Positions 12,763 to 24,381 of a DNA stretch of 64,000 bases are shown one piece after another; positions within the stretch are counted from its first letter, which is position 1; the number at the start of each line of letters is the position of its first letter. A model generated the notes under the pieces. It did not search any database and was not told where the DNA came from. It worked only from the letters and a program-made list of their open reading frames with translations. A program made the translations under genes and the position numbers. The stretch comes from Minisyncoccota bacterium (lineage in GTDB: Bacteria > Patescibacteriota > Minisyncoccia > Phycocordibacterales > VMEP01), in assembly GCA_041659085.1 (NCBI GenBank), contig JBAZYZ010000001.1, positions 4,884 through 68,883 on the forward strand. The letters are read 5' to 3'.

Positions 12763-12856
12763 CCCGCCCGAACGGATTCATCCGGTAGGGCCACAGTTCT
12801 TTGTTTTATTTTTTTAACTCATTTTCGCGCAACTTAGCGCGTGATTGAGTGTCTTG

Positions 12857-12963
12857 TTCTGGTGATTTAATACAAGGGTCACACCTCTTCCCATTCCGAA
12901 CAGAGTCGTTAAGCCTTGCTATCGCGATGATACTCCTTGCGGGGAAAGTAGCTATCGCCAGAA
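12857..12963 (+). rRNA. rrf: 5S rRNA (short form)
   Basis: CACCTCTTCCCATTCCGAACAG, GAAAGTAG; terminal stem extended by TTGAGTGTCTTG/CAAGATACTCAA. Confidence 0.93.
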
Positions 12964-12975
12964 CAAGATACTCAA

Positions 12976-13009
12976 AAGTAAAAAACGCCCAAGAGGGCGT
13001 TTTTTACTT
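12976..13009 (+). terminator. Terminator of the 23S-tRNA-5S unit
   Basis: AAGTAAAAAACGCCC-AAGA-GGGCGTTTTTTACTT. Confidence 0.85.
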
Positions 13010-13043
13010 GCCTACAAAGGTCAAAAGCTATAAGCTGGAAGTT

Positions 13044-13817
13044 ATGGATTGGTCCACGAAGAGAAAACTTACATACCTTTCAATTTTATTGCTCGTCATT
13101 TTGGTGGTCGCCGCTTATTTTCTGTACCCATTGTTTATAGAAAATCCGACCTGCTCCGACGGGAAACAAAATGGCGATGAAGTCGGAGTAGACTGCGGCG
13201 GTATATGCAACAATTTTTGCGCTTCCCAGGTCCGCCCCCTTAGTATTATTTGGCAGCGTTCGTTTGAGGTTGCGCCCGGCATTTATGACGTTCTCGGATA
13301 CGTGGAAAATCAAAACGCTGACGCCGGGGTGTCATCCCTTCTTTACAGGTTCAAACTCTACGATGATAAAAATGTTCTTATTGCCGAGCGCGATGGAAAA
13401 ACTTTCATTGGACCTAATCAGTCCGGGGCAATATTTAGCGGCGGCATAAATACGGGAGAGAGGATTCCTAAGCTCGTTTATTTGGAATTTGAAGATTATC
13501 AATGGACAAAGATAGACCCGCGTTTTTTGAAAATAAATTTTTCAGTTAAAAATCAGCAACTACTCAATGCTTCAACCAGCCCGCGATTGGCTGTTTCCGT
13601 GGGAAACGAATCTCTTACTGATTTAAGAAATGTTGAGGCAGCCGCGATTTTGCGCGACCAGGATGACAATGCCATCGCGGTAAGCAATACGGTTATAGAA
13701 AGTCTGCCCAAACAAAGTTCCAAGGATATTTTTTTCACCTGGCTGACTCCGCTCGAATTGCCTGTCGCAAGGATTGAGATAATTCCGCGTGTTAACCCCT
13801 TTACGGTTTCTTATTAG
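13044..13817 (+). CDS. Membrane-anchored extracellular protein with Cys-rich motif (CSDGKQNGDEVGVDCGGIC)
   Basis: Start at MDWSTKRK (the upstream part of the ORF is 5S rRNA); N-terminal TM; beta-rich domains. Confidence 0.75.
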   Translation: MDWSTKRKLTYLSILLLVILVVAAYFLYPLFIENPTCSDGKQNGDEVGVDCGGICNNFCASQVRPLSIIWQRSFEVAPGIYDVLGYVENQNADAGVSSLLYRFKLYDDKNVLIAERDGKTFIGPNQSGAIFSGGINTGERIPKLVYLEFEDYQWTKIDPRFLKINFSVKNQQLLNASTSPRLAVSVGNESLTDLRNVEAAAILRDQDDNAIAVSNTVIESLPKQSSKDIFFTWLTPLELPVARIEIIPRVNPFTVSY

Positions 13818-13839
13818 ATATTTTTGGTATATTGAGGAC

Positions 13840-14976
13840 ATGGTTTTACCGGTATTCGCTCGAAGAATAATAAGCGGTGTTGATTGGATTTTATTTTTTG
13901 CGGTTTTACCGCTTCTGTTTTTTGGCCTGGTGACGATGAGTTCGTTTACTGACGCCAATATGTTTTTTGAAAAACAGCTTATCTGGATTGCTGTCGGGCT
14001 GTTTTTCTTTTTTCTGTTTGCTTCTATAGACGCGGGACCGCTTAAAAAAACCGGATTTTTGGTTTCTCTCTTTGCTTTTGCCTTGGCGCTCCTTCTCCTG
14101 GTGGCTTTTACGGGCAGCGCCGTTAAAGGCGCCAGAAGCTGGTTTAACCTCGGGTTTTTTTCGTTTGAGCCGGCCGATCCGGTAAAACTCTTGATTATAC
14201 TGATGCTTGCCAAGTATTTTTCCAGGCGCCATGTTGAAATAGCCCACTATAAGCATATTCTAATTTCCGGTTTGTATGCCTTCATACCGTTCATTCTCAT
14301 AATGCTTCAGCCCGATTTTGGTTCCGGGTTGATTATTTTTCTTATTTGGCTCGGCATGGTTATGGTTTCCGGGGTTTCCAAAAAACACCTTTTTATAATC
14401 TTTTCCATAGGTGTTATTTCTTTTGGGATGCTTTGGATGTTTGTGTTCAAGCCGTATCAAAAAAACCGCATTTTGACTTTCATACATCCGTTAACCGACA
14501 TTCGCGGCGCCGGGTACAATGCTTACCAGTCCACTATTGCCGTAGGCTCCGGAGAGATTTGGGGAAAGGGGATAGGGTATGGCACCCAATCCCGCCTCAA
14601 GTTCTTGCCCGAGTACGAGACTGATTTCGTATTCGCGGCTTTTGCCGAGGAGTGGGGTTTTGCGGGGATATTTCTTTTTTTTCTGCTTATCGGCATTGTC
14701 ATTTGGCGTATTTTGACTAATGCGCTGATTGGGGCGACCAATTTTGAAATGCTTTTTGGCATGGGCCTCGCGATATTTTTTATGAGCCACATAATCGTTA
14801 ATGTCGGCATGAACATAGGCCTTCTTCCCGTAACGGGAATTCCGCTGCCATTTATGAGTTACGGCGGTTCACACTTGGTAACCGAATTTATCGGGTTGGG
14901 AGTGCTTATGAGCATGCGTCGCAACAGCAGGGCCGCTCATCGCGATGCCATGAAGAATGAATTCTTGGGGATTTAG
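13840..14976 (+). CDS. rodA: Rod shape-determining SEDS protein RodA
   Basis: VKGARSW, LQPDFGS, GYNAYQSTIAVGSG, FLPEYETDF, PLPFMSYGGS. Confidence 0.92.
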   Translation: MVLPVFARRIISGVDWILFFAVLPLLFFGLVTMSSFTDANMFFEKQLIWIAVGLFFFFLFASIDAGPLKKTGFLVSLFAFALALLLLVAFTGSAVKGARSWFNLGFFSFEPADPVKLLIILMLAKYFSRRHVEIAHYKHILISGLYAFIPFILIMLQPDFGSGLIIFLIWLGMVMVSGVSKKHLFIIFSIGVISFGMLWMFVFKPYQKNRILTFIHPLTDIRGAGYNAYQSTIAVGSGEIWGKGIGYGTQSRLKFLPEYETDFVFAAFAEEWGFAGIFLFFLLIGIVIWRILTNALIGATNFEMLFGMGLAIFFMSHIIVNVGMNIGLLPVTGIPLPFMSYGGSHLVTEFIGLGVLMSMRRNSRAAHRDAMKNEFLGI

Positions 14977-16178
14977 GCCCCGTACAGTTCTTCGGTTTTT
15001 TTCATCATTTCGCCCAATGAAAATCTATCGGCTATTTTACGGGAAAGATTCTCTCCAAATTCTGAGGCGCGTTCCGGATTCTCAGACATGAATAAAATAG
15101 CCATAGCAAGTTCCTTGGGTTGCCGTGGGCGGACCAGTATTCCGGTTTTCATATCTTCAATAATCTCCGGCACGCCCCCCACTGAGGTGGCGACAACAGG
15201 CATACCGGCGGCTCCCGCTTCCAATATTGAAATGCTCAACGCCTCGGTGATTGAAGGCAGCAGGAAAATGTCAAAAGCCTTTAGAAGCCTGGAGGCTTCA
15301 TCCACAAAGCCCGCCAATTTAACAACTTTGGAAAGATTGTGCCTGGATACGAGTTTTTCCAGGCGTTTTTTTTCCTCACCTTCTCCAAATATGGTGTAGG
15401 AAATATTCCTCTTCTCTTTCTTTATTATCGACATGGCTTCTATTGCGTAAGACAGCCCTTTATTCTTGTGCAGTTCCGCGATTGTCACTACGCGGAGTGT
15501 TTTTTCTTCCCCGATATTTTTTAATTTTCCTCCAAGCGCCGCGATAGCTTCGTCTTTAGGCAGCGCGGGAGACAGAGATACTCCGTTCCAGATAACGCGC
15601 ATTTTTTTATCCGGCAGGAACAGTTTAGGAGCCGTGTCGGCTATGTTTTTTGAAACGGCTATTGTCTCGTGGGACAATATGATAGTCAGCCATGCCAGCA
15701 ATTTTATTACTATCTTTGAAAAGAAAGAGCGTTCTTCGTTGAAGGCCCAACCATGTGCCGTGAAGATAATTTTGGTTTTTAGTCCGTATTCTCCGCTTTT
15801 CAGGAAAAGATTTAAAAAGGAAACCGATAAATTATAAGTTCGTCCGGCGAGAGCGCCCAGTCCGCCTATTTTGGAACTGTTTAAATGCACGATGTCAGGC
15901 CGCTCTTTCCCGTAGAGGCGGAGTAGGCGATAGAATACGTAAAATTCATCAAAAAACTTTATATCCCGGTCAAGTCTCGGGATAGTGACTACCCTCACGT
16001 TTGATTTTTGCAGCTTGTCTTTTAGAGCCCCCTTTCCGCCAAGCGCCACCATGGTCTCAAACTCCGCCCGGGGAATGCCTGTGGCCAAGTCGTAAAGATA
16101 GCGCTGCGCGCCGCCCCAATTTGACTTGGTTATGACGTATAAAACTTTCCTTTTCCCGTGTCTTTTCCCTGTACCCAT
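14973..16178 (-). CDS. GT4 glycosyltransferase
   Basis: KSNWGGAQRY, FTAHGW, EALSISILEAGAAG. Confidence 0.9.
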   Translation of the reverse strand: MGTGKRHGKRKVLYVITKSNWGGAQRYLYDLATGIPRAEFETMVALGGKGALKDKLQKSNVRVVTIPRLDRDIKFFDEFYVFYRLLRLYGKERPDIVHLNSSKIGGLGALAGRTYNLSVSFLNLFLKSGEYGLKTKIIFTAHGWAFNEERSFFSKIVIKLLAWLTIILSHETIAVSKNIADTAPKLFLPDKKMRVIWNGVSLSPALPKDEAIAALGGKLKNIGEEKTLRVVTIAELHKNKGLSYAIEAMSIIKKEKRNISYTIFGEGEEKKRLEKLVSRHNLSKVVKLAGFVDEASRLLKAFDIFLLPSITEALSISILEAGAAGMPVVATSVGGVPEIIEDMKTGILVRPRQPKELAMAILFMSENPERASEFGENLSRKIADRFSLGEMMKKTEELYGA

Positions 16179-16263
16179 ATATTTATGAGATTGTAACGCT
16201 ATTTCAGTTATTGCGAAAGGATGACCTTGTCTAAGGCATATTTTGCGGTAGTATTGTGTGGTA

Positions 16264-17604
16264 ATGACCATATCCAACAAAAGTGAGCCATTTATCCTGT
16301 TTTTGGGCGATATCGCCGTTTTTGTAGTGGCTCTGTGGCTGACGCTGTTTGTGCGTTATGGCGAAGTGCCGTCGGGGAATCTTTTTTTCAGCCATTTGGA
16401 GCCGTTCTCCATACTTTTTGTTTTGTGGTCCCTGGTCTTTTTTATTGCCGGTCTTTACGACAAACACACATCTATTTTAAAAAGCCGTTTGCCCGGCATT
16501 CTCTTGAACTCCCAGGTAACCAACAGCGCCGTCGCGGTTATCTTTTTTTATCTTTTCCCGTATTTCGGCATAAACCCGAAAACAAATCTTCTCATATATC
16601 TGGTTATATCGTTTGCCCTGATCCTCCTTTGGAGGATATACGGAGTCGGATTATTTGGTTCCCACCGTCGCGAAAAAGCTGTGCTCATAGGAAGCGGAGA
16701 AGAGATGAGGGACCTTCGTGACGAAATAAACGGAAACGACAGATACAGCATTAAGTTTGTTTCCTCTGTCGATTTGAGCAGTCTGGAAAGCTTTGATTTC
16801 AAATCTGAAGTTCTGGATGTTATTTACGCTGAGGGGATTTCTGCCGTTGTAATTGATTTAAAAAACGAAAAAGTCGGACCGATTTTGCCCAATCTTTATA
16901 ATCTGATTTTCTCCAACGTTAAATTTATAGACATGTACAAAGTTTATGAAGACACATTTGACCGTATCCCGCTGTCACTCTTGAATTACAATTGGTTTTT
17001 GGAAAACATTTCCCTGTCGGTTCATGCCGGATATGACGTCCTGAAGCGTTTGATGGACTTGGCAATATCTCTTATTCTTGGGATTATCTCACTTGTATTT
17101 TATCCTTTTGTTTTTTTGGCGATTAAGCTTGAGGATGGGGGTCCGGTATTTATCGCGCAGGAGCGCATAGGCGAAGGCAATATACCGGTTAGGCTTATTA
17201 AATTCCGCAGTATGAAAAAAAATGACTCGGGGGTTTGGCCGACGGATGGGGACGGTCGGATTACCGGTGTAGGCAAGTTTTTGCGCAGGACGCGCATTGA
17301 TGAATTGCCTCAGCTTTGGAGCGTAGTCACCGGAGACTTGTCTCTTATAGGTCCGCGGCCGGATATAATAGACCTTGGGCGCAAATTGGCCGGAGAAATT
17401 CCTTATTATACGGTCAGGAATCTTATCAAACCCGGTCTTTCCGGGTGGGCGCAAATAAAACAGGATTTGCCGCCGCACTCCGTCGAAGAAACAAAACTCC
17501 GTTTGTCGTACGATTTATATTACATAAAGAATCGCTCTTTTATGTTAGACTTGCGTATAGCGCTGCAGACTATAAAAACGCTTTTGTCGCGTTCAGGCAA
17601 ATAA
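16264..17604 (+). CDS. Polyprenyl-phosphate sugar phosphotransferase (WcaJ/WbaP family)
   Basis: KFRSM, RIDELPQLWSV..GDLSLIGPRP, KPGLSGWAQI. Confidence 0.92.
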   Translation: MTISNKSEPFILFLGDIAVFVVALWLTLFVRYGEVPSGNLFFSHLEPFSILFVLWSLVFFIAGLYDKHTSILKSRLPGILLNSQVTNSAVAVIFFYLFPYFGINPKTNLLIYLVISFALILLWRIYGVGLFGSHRREKAVLIGSGEEMRDLRDEINGNDRYSIKFVSSVDLSSLESFDFKSEVLDVIYAEGISAVVIDLKNEKVGPILPNLYNLIFSNVKFIDMYKVYEDTFDRIPLSLLNYNWFLENISLSVHAGYDVLKRLMDLAISLILGIISLVFYPFVFLAIKLEDGGPVFIAQERIGEGNIPVRLIKFRSMKKNDSGVWPTDGDGRITGVGKFLRRTRIDELPQLWSVVTGDLSLIGPRPDIIDLGRKLAGEIPYYTVRNLIKPGLSGWAQIKQDLPPHSVEETKLRLSYDLYYIKNRSFMLDLRIALQTIKTLLSRSGK

Positions 17605-17704
17605 AGGGTTATCAGACCCTTTATTCCGACTTCGCTCAGATGCTGTGTAAGGGTATTTGCCCACAAGCTCTTCGTTCGTCGGAATAAAAACAAAAAATAT
17701 AAAG

Positions 17705-18784
17705 ATGACAGAAATAAATAAACATACAATTTTTATTACCGGCGCGGCCGGTTATGTCGGAGCGATGCTGGCCGATCAATTTTCCAAACGACCGGATGTG
17801 GGAGAAGTTGTCGCCCTTGATATGGAACCTCAGCCTAAAATTCTTGAAAAGAACCCGAAGATTTTTTGGATTACCGCCAACACCTCGGATGACTCCTGGC
17901 AGGAAATCGCGCGTTCAAAAAACCCCGACATAGTTATCCATACCGCCTGGCAGATTCGCGAACTCTACGGCAATCGCGAGCTTGAGTGGAAGTGGAACGT
18001 TGGCGGCTCAATAAATATTTTTAACTTCGCCTTTGAAACACCGGAGGTTAAAAAGCTGGTTCATTTTTCCACAGTGTCTTCTTATGGCGCGTTTCCGGAA
18101 AATTCCACAGACCATTTTTTTACCGAAGACGAACCGTTCAGAAAGAGTGAATATTTATACGCGGAGGAAAAGAGAATAGTGGAAGAGAAACTTGAGGAGA
18201 CCTACAGGAAACGTTTTGGGAAACTTAGAGTGCCGGAGATTGCCATAATACGCCCTGCCGCCATAACCGGCCCGCGCGGCAGATACGCGCGCATCAGATT
18301 CGGTCTTCAGTCCGCCCTTTCCGGTTCGCTCAGGCAGCAGGGTTCTTTCCTCTATGATTTTATTTCGCTCTGGGTGTCTTGGGTTCCGGTAACGCCAAAG
18401 TGGCTCCGCCAATACGTGCATGAAGACGATATTACCGATATTGTGGCGTTACTCTCATTCTCTCCGCTTAAGCGCGGTTATGAAGTGTTGAACGCCGCCC
18501 CGCCGGGGGAAGCTGTGTTCGGCAAAGACATGGCGGAAGCTGTGGGGAAGAAGACGCTTCCCATACAACCCTGGATGGTACGCCTGGCTTTCTTTTGGAT
18601 GTGGCATTTGACCAGAGGTCGTGTTCCCACAGCTCCCGGAAGTTGGAGAGGATATTCATATCCTATCGCCGTTGACGGTTCCAAGATAAGCAAAGAATAC
18701 GGCTACTCTTACAAGCTTGAATCAAAAGACGCCTTTACCAAGAAAGAAGGCAGATATGCGGCGGATGCTCTTGCCCAAGACTGA
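17705..18784 (+). CDS. NAD-dependent epimerase/dehydratase
   Basis: ITGAAGYVG, YAEEK (YxxxK), VHEDD. Confidence 0.85.
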   Translation: MTEINKHTIFITGAAGYVGAMLADQFSKRPDVGEVVALDMEPQPKILEKNPKIFWITANTSDDSWQEIARSKNPDIVIHTAWQIRELYGNRELEWKWNVGGSINIFNFAFETPEVKKLVHFSTVSSYGAFPENSTDHFFTEDEPFRKSEYLYAEEKRIVEEKLEETYRKRFGKLRVPEIAIIRPAAITGPRGRYARIRFGLQSALSGSLRQQGSFLYDFISLWVSWVPVTPKWLRQYVHEDDITDIVALLSFSPLKRGYEVLNAAPPGEAVFGKDMAEAVGKKTLPIQPWMVRLAFFWMWHLTRGRVPTAPGSWRGYSYPIAVDGSKISKEYGYSYKLESKDAFTKKEGRYAADALAQD

Positions 18785-18787
18785 TAA

Positions 18788-19324
18788 ATGAATTTTTTAA
18801 TTTTTAACTTCCTAAACGGCATAGCGGTTAAGTACCCCGATCTTGACCGGTTATTTGTATTTATGGCGAACAACTTGGGGTACATTGCTGTTGCCGCTCT
18901 TGTTTATTATTTGTTTTCACACGACGAAAGAAAGAAGGGGATGCAGGAAGTTGCAATGATTGTTGCCATAGCCGGCCTCGCCTGGGTTGCGGCTCATTTC
19001 TTGAAAGATGTTTTTCATACAGCCCGGCCGTTCATCGCATTATCCGATGTTAAGAATTTGTTTCCCGGAGAATCGGGTTATGCGTTTCCTTCAGGTCATG
19101 CCACGTTTTATTCCGCGCTTGCCATGATGATGTATTTTTACCACAAGCGTATTGGGTTAGGACTCGGACTCATCGCCCTTATAATCGGAATTTCGCGCAT
19201 TATTTCCGGCGTCCATTGGCCGATTGACATATTGGGCGGTTTTATTTTGGGACCGGTGATTGCGATATTGGCCTACTTTTTTATCAAAAAATACCTGTTT
19301 GCAAATCTGCCTCAAAACCGCTAG
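18788..19324 (+). CDS. PAP2-family phosphatase (BcrC-like undecaprenyl-diphosphatase)
   Basis: K..FHTARP, FPSGHA, SRIISGVHWPIDI. Confidence 0.88.
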   Translation: MNFLIFNFLNGIAVKYPDLDRLFVFMANNLGYIAVAALVYYLFSHDERKKGMQEVAMIVAIAGLAWVAAHFLKDVFHTARPFIALSDVKNLFPGESGYAFPSGHATFYSALAMMMYFYHKRIGLGLGLIALIIGISRIISGVHWPIDILGGFILGPVIAILAYFFIKKYLFANLPQNR

Positions 19325-19341
19325 AATAGCCCAATATTATT

Positions 19342-20748
19342 ATGCTGAAAACACGGATATTCGCTCTCGCCATACTCTTGGCCGGTCTCTCTATTGGCTA
19401 CTTTTTATACGCTTCCGAGGCGAAGCTTCATGGCGCGTCAAAGCCGTGGGGGAGTTCGGCTCTCTCCGGGTTTTCGTTTAAGCTCGGACTTGACCTTTCG
19501 GGCGGCACACATCTCATTTATCGCGCCGATGTTTCCAAAGTTGCCGGGAGCGAAGTTAAAAATGCGATGGACGCGCTGCGCGATGTCATAGAACGCCGTG
19601 TGAATCTTTTTGGAGTGTCCGAACCACTGGTCCAGTTGGAATCGGGCGGTTTTGCCGGCAATGAGCAAAGGCTCATAATTCAGCTTCCCGGCGTTACTGA
19701 TGTTAATCAGGCGGTGACCATGATTGGGCAGACGCCTCTTCTTGAATTCAAGACCGAACGTCCGAATGGCGCAGAAAAAGATTCTATAATAAAAGCCATT
19801 GAGGCGTATCAGAAAGCCAAAAAAGACGGGAAAGAACCCGCCTTTGACCCTCTTCTTCTCCAGGATCCAGGCTACATCTCCACTGAACTGACCGGACGTT
19901 TTCTTGAGAAGGCCACTCTTGATTTTGACCAGCAGACCGGAGAACCGACGGTGGGATTGCAGTTCAACAGCGAAGGCACGAAACTTTTTGCCGATATAAC
20001 CAAATCAAACGTCGGTAAGACAGTGGCGATTTATTTGGATAATGCCCCAATCTCGTCTCCCGTAGTCCGCGAGGAAATCGCGAGTGGCAAGGCGCAGATT
20101 TCCGGCAACTTCACGCCACAGGAAGCAAAGACTCTGGTTGGGCGTTTGAATTCCGGGGCCCTTCCCGTGCCGATTGAACTTATTTCCACTCAAACTATCG
20201 GCGCTCCGCTTGGAGAGAAGGCGTTAAACGGGGGAGTGAAAGCAGGCTTGCTGGGACTCTTGGCCGTCGCAATCTTCCTGATTGCCTGGTACCGTTTGCC
20301 GGGACTTGTTGCTGTAATAGCGCTTGGTGTCTATGTGGTCATTATGCTCGCCGTGTTTAAGCTTATCCCGATAACGCTTACCGCCGCCGGTATTGCCGGA
20401 TTTATTTTGTCGGTGGGTATGGCGGTTGACGCCAACATATTGGTTGCCGAACGGACCAAGGAAGAGCTTCGCAATGGACGCGACGTTATCGACGCCATAA
20501 AAGAAGGATTTTCGCGCGCCTGGTCTTCTATTCGCGACTCAAATATTTCAAGCATGATAACCGGCGTTATGTTGTTTTGGTTCGGGACGAGCCTTATACA
20601 AGGATTTGCGCTCACTTTCCTTCTTGGCGTCCTTATATCAATGTTCTCCGCCATTACCGTAACCCGCACATTCCTGTTTTCGCTCGGAGTTACGAAGCGT
20701 ACCAAACTTGCTTCTTTCTTATTCAGCAGCGGATTTAATCTGAAATAA
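19342..20748 (+). CDS. secD: Protein translocase subunit SecD
   Basis: LGLDLSGG, RRVNLFGVSEP, SVGMAVDANIL. Confidence 0.97.
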   Translation: MLKTRIFALAILLAGLSIGYFLYASEAKLHGASKPWGSSALSGFSFKLGLDLSGGTHLIYRADVSKVAGSEVKNAMDALRDVIERRVNLFGVSEPLVQLESGGFAGNEQRLIIQLPGVTDVNQAVTMIGQTPLLEFKTERPNGAEKDSIIKAIEAYQKAKKDGKEPAFDPLLLQDPGYISTELTGRFLEKATLDFDQQTGEPTVGLQFNSEGTKLFADITKSNVGKTVAIYLDNAPISSPVVREEIASGKAQISGNFTPQEAKTLVGRLNSGALPVPIELISTQTIGAPLGEKALNGGVKAGLLGLLAVAIFLIAWYRLPGLVAVIALGVYVVIMLAVFKLIPITLTAAGIAGFILSVGMAVDANILVAERTKEELRNGRDVIDAIKEGFSRAWSSIRDSNISSMITGVMLFWFGTSLIQGFALTFLLGVLISMFSAITVTRTFLFSLGVTKRTKLASFLFSSGFNLK

Positions 20749-20752
20749 ATTT

Positions 20753-21643
20753 ATGTTTATCGTAAAGTATAAAAACTTGTTTTTCGCCATCTCGGCCGTT
20801 CTCGTGGCCGCCGCTTTGGGCGCGATGGTTGTAAAAGGGTTCAATGTCGGCATTGATTTTAAAGGTGGTTCAATGATTGAGGTTAGCTACACCGATGCCC
20901 GGCCTGATATTGCGGCGCTAGAGGAATCAATCAAGGACAAATTCCCCGGTTCCCATATGCAGCTTGCGGGGGAGAAAGACCTCATTGTCCGTACCAAAGA
21001 CCTGAGCGATAAAGAACACACGGACATAATTGAAGAACTCTCGCTTAGCGGCGCAAACCATCTTACGGAAAAGCAGTTTAGTTCGGTTGGACCGACCATA
21101 GGCAAAGAACTCCGTTCCCGCGCCTGGGCTGCAATGATTGCGGTCTTGCTCGGCATTGTTCTCTTCATCGCTTTTGCCTTCAGGAAGGTTTCTTTACCCG
21201 TTTCTTCCTGGAAGTACGGTTTGATTACTTTGGTGTCTTTGGTGCACGACGTAATCATTCCCGCCGGTATTTTCGCTTACCTCGGCAAAGAAGTTAATTC
21301 TCTTTTTGTGGTGGCGCTGCTTTCTATACTCGGCATTTCCGTGCACGATAAAATTGTCGTGTTTGACCGCATCCGCGAGAACTTGAAGCTTCATACGGCC
21401 AAAGAGTTTAGTGATACTGTAGGGAAGAGTTTGGAGCAAACTTTCGCCCGTTCTATAAACACCTCTCTCACCATCCTTATCGTCTTAGGCGCGCTCTGGT
21501 ACCTCGGTCCCGATTCAACCCGCGATTTCTCAATGCTCCTGTTTGCCGGTGTCGCCATCGGTACCTACTCGTCAATTTTCTTTGCCAGTCCATTGGTTGT
21601 TCTTGCCGAGAAACTACAGATAAAGAATAGAAGTAAAAAATAG
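20753..21643 (+). CDS. secF: Protein translocase subunit SecF
   Basis: GIDFKGG, VGPTIGKEL, DKIVVFDRIREN, GTYSSIF. Confidence 0.97.
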   Translation: MFIVKYKNLFFAISAVLVAAALGAMVVKGFNVGIDFKGGSMIEVSYTDARPDIAALEESIKDKFPGSHMQLAGEKDLIVRTKDLSDKEHTDIIEELSLSGANHLTEKQFSSVGPTIGKELRSRAWAAMIAVLLGIVLFIAFAFRKVSLPVSSWKYGLITLVSLVHDVIIPAGIFAYLGKEVNSLFVVALLSILGISVHDKIVVFDRIRENLKLHTAKEFSDTVGKSLEQTFARSINTSLTILIVLGALWYLGPDSTRDFSMLLFAGVAIGTYSSIFFASPLVVLAEKLQIKNRSKK

Positions 21644-21655
21644 AGAAGCGACAGT

Positions 21656-21690
21656 CCCGTAGTGAACCGGGCTTGTAGAGGTTCTACTAC
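21656..21690. repeat. REP-like GTAG palindrome upstream of 16S
   Basis: CCCGTAGTGAACC...GGTTCTACTAC; inverted copy of the element at 23935. Confidence 0.6.
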
Positions 21691-21773
21691 TTTGATTTCA
21701 AGGGGGGGGGGTAGGGTTGATTTTCTCAATAAATAAGCTTAAAAAAGGCCTAAAAAGGCCTTTTTTGCTGCCC

Positions 21774-21801
21774 TTGACTTACGTTTCTCACCGAGTATAC
21801 T
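21774..21801 (+). promoter_or_regulatory. 16S rRNA promoter
   Basis: TTGACT-16-TATACT; boxA-like AACTTTGACAA downstream at about 21866. Confidence 0.8.
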
Positions 21802-22114
21802 AGTGAAGCGTCTAGAGGTAGACGGCTTTTAATTTGTAATTGCCCGATACTTTCTGGAACGTGTGAACTTTGACAAGATCCATAGTGCCCGATGGCTTGA
21901 ATAACCGTCGGGTAGAAAGGATCCACATAGTTAGTGCAAAATCACAACTCCGCCGGAGACAGCCTGTCTCTGGTGGTTAAAAAAATTCCAGTTTTAATCG
22001 AGTAGATTAAATTGGGACAAAGAAACCCGCCTCGTTTTTTACAAAACGATTCGGGCAGGTATTTTTTCTTTTGTTCCGCCTAATAATTTTTCGAAATTTT
22101 AATTTCACAAAATT

Positions 22115-23650
<1,536 letters not shown>

Positions 23651-23880
23651 ATTGAAAATGTTCGAGATTTATTTCGAATTCTTGGCCGGTGTTTATGCTT
23701 CACAAGGGCATAAATGGGTAATTATTGCCAAAACCCTAATTCGCAATACATTGCTCTGGATGTACCAGAGCAGAAAACCTAGCGTGGGAACGCAAAGGTT
23801 GGACGGAACAAAAGAAAGAATATTAACCCGCCTAAATTTTTGCGAACAAAAATTTTGGTGGGTAAGCACTAACTATAAGT

Positions 23881-23917
23881 CATCAAAAAAACGCCCTAAA
23901 TGGGGCGTTTTTTGATG
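23881..23917 (+). terminator. Terminator of the 16S unit
   Basis: CATCAAAAAAACGCCC-loop-GGGCGTTTTTTGATG. Confidence 0.85.
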
Positions 23918-23934
23918 GGTGGATAGTGGTATTG

Positions 23935-24004
23935 ACCCTGTAGTAGATTTTGGCACTGCGCCAAGAGGCGCGGGCATAGCCAGTGCCAAAATTCACTACG
24001 GGGT
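23935..24004. repeat. REP-like GTAG palindrome downstream of 16S
   Basis: ACCCTGTAGTAGATTTTGGCACTG...CAGTGCCAAAATTCACTACGGGGT. Confidence 0.7.
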
Positions 24005-24061
24005 TGACTTTTTAGCCGAAAGGTGCTTTAATTAAGGAAGGTCAACAACAGGAGATTGATT

Positions 24062-24325
24062 ATGATGTATCAAGGTCATCCGTTTACACAAGGGTTGCCG
24101 ACTGGCGTACAGCGAGTCATACAGAGCCTGATGGGGGTCGTCAGCCTGGTCGTCGTCGTTGTCCTTGTCGTCTTTATGGTCAAGGACTTAAAGAGCAAGC
24201 TCGATGCTCCCCAAGTCTACGTCTCCAATTCAACGGGGGAATGCGTGAAAGTTGTTTCGCCAAAGGGCGAGCAGCCATGCAAGCCAGGAGACGAAAGGAA
24301 ATATGAGCGTGTCTGGGTGAAGTAG
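24062..24325 (+). CDS. Small single-TM orphan protein
   Basis: TTGACT-17-TTTAAT promoter, AGGAGA SD, Val-rich TM, two Cys. Confidence 0.65.
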   Translation: MMYQGHPFTQGLPTGVQRVIQSLMGVVSLVVVVVLVVFMVKDLKSKLDAPQVYVSNSTGECVKVVSPKGEQPCKPGDERKYERVWVK

Positions 24326-24350
24326 CTCACCTACGCTCAAGCAACAAAAT

Positions 24351-24380
24351 GGGCCGGGTTCGTAATGAACCCGGCCCTTT
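24351..24380. terminator. Terminator hairpin between convergent genes
   Basis: GGGCCGGGTTC-GTAAT-GAACCCGGCCC. Confidence 0.75.
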
Positions 24381-24381
24381 C

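Noticed and set aside
12849-13043. N-terminal extension of ORF 12849-13817
   Set aside because: This stretch is the 5S rRNA and its terminator; the real start is probably ATG 13044.
21702-21711. G10 tract upstream of the 16S promoter
   Set aside because: It lies outside the -35/-10 spacer and any CDS; no evidence of phase variation, and it may be a homopolymer artefact.
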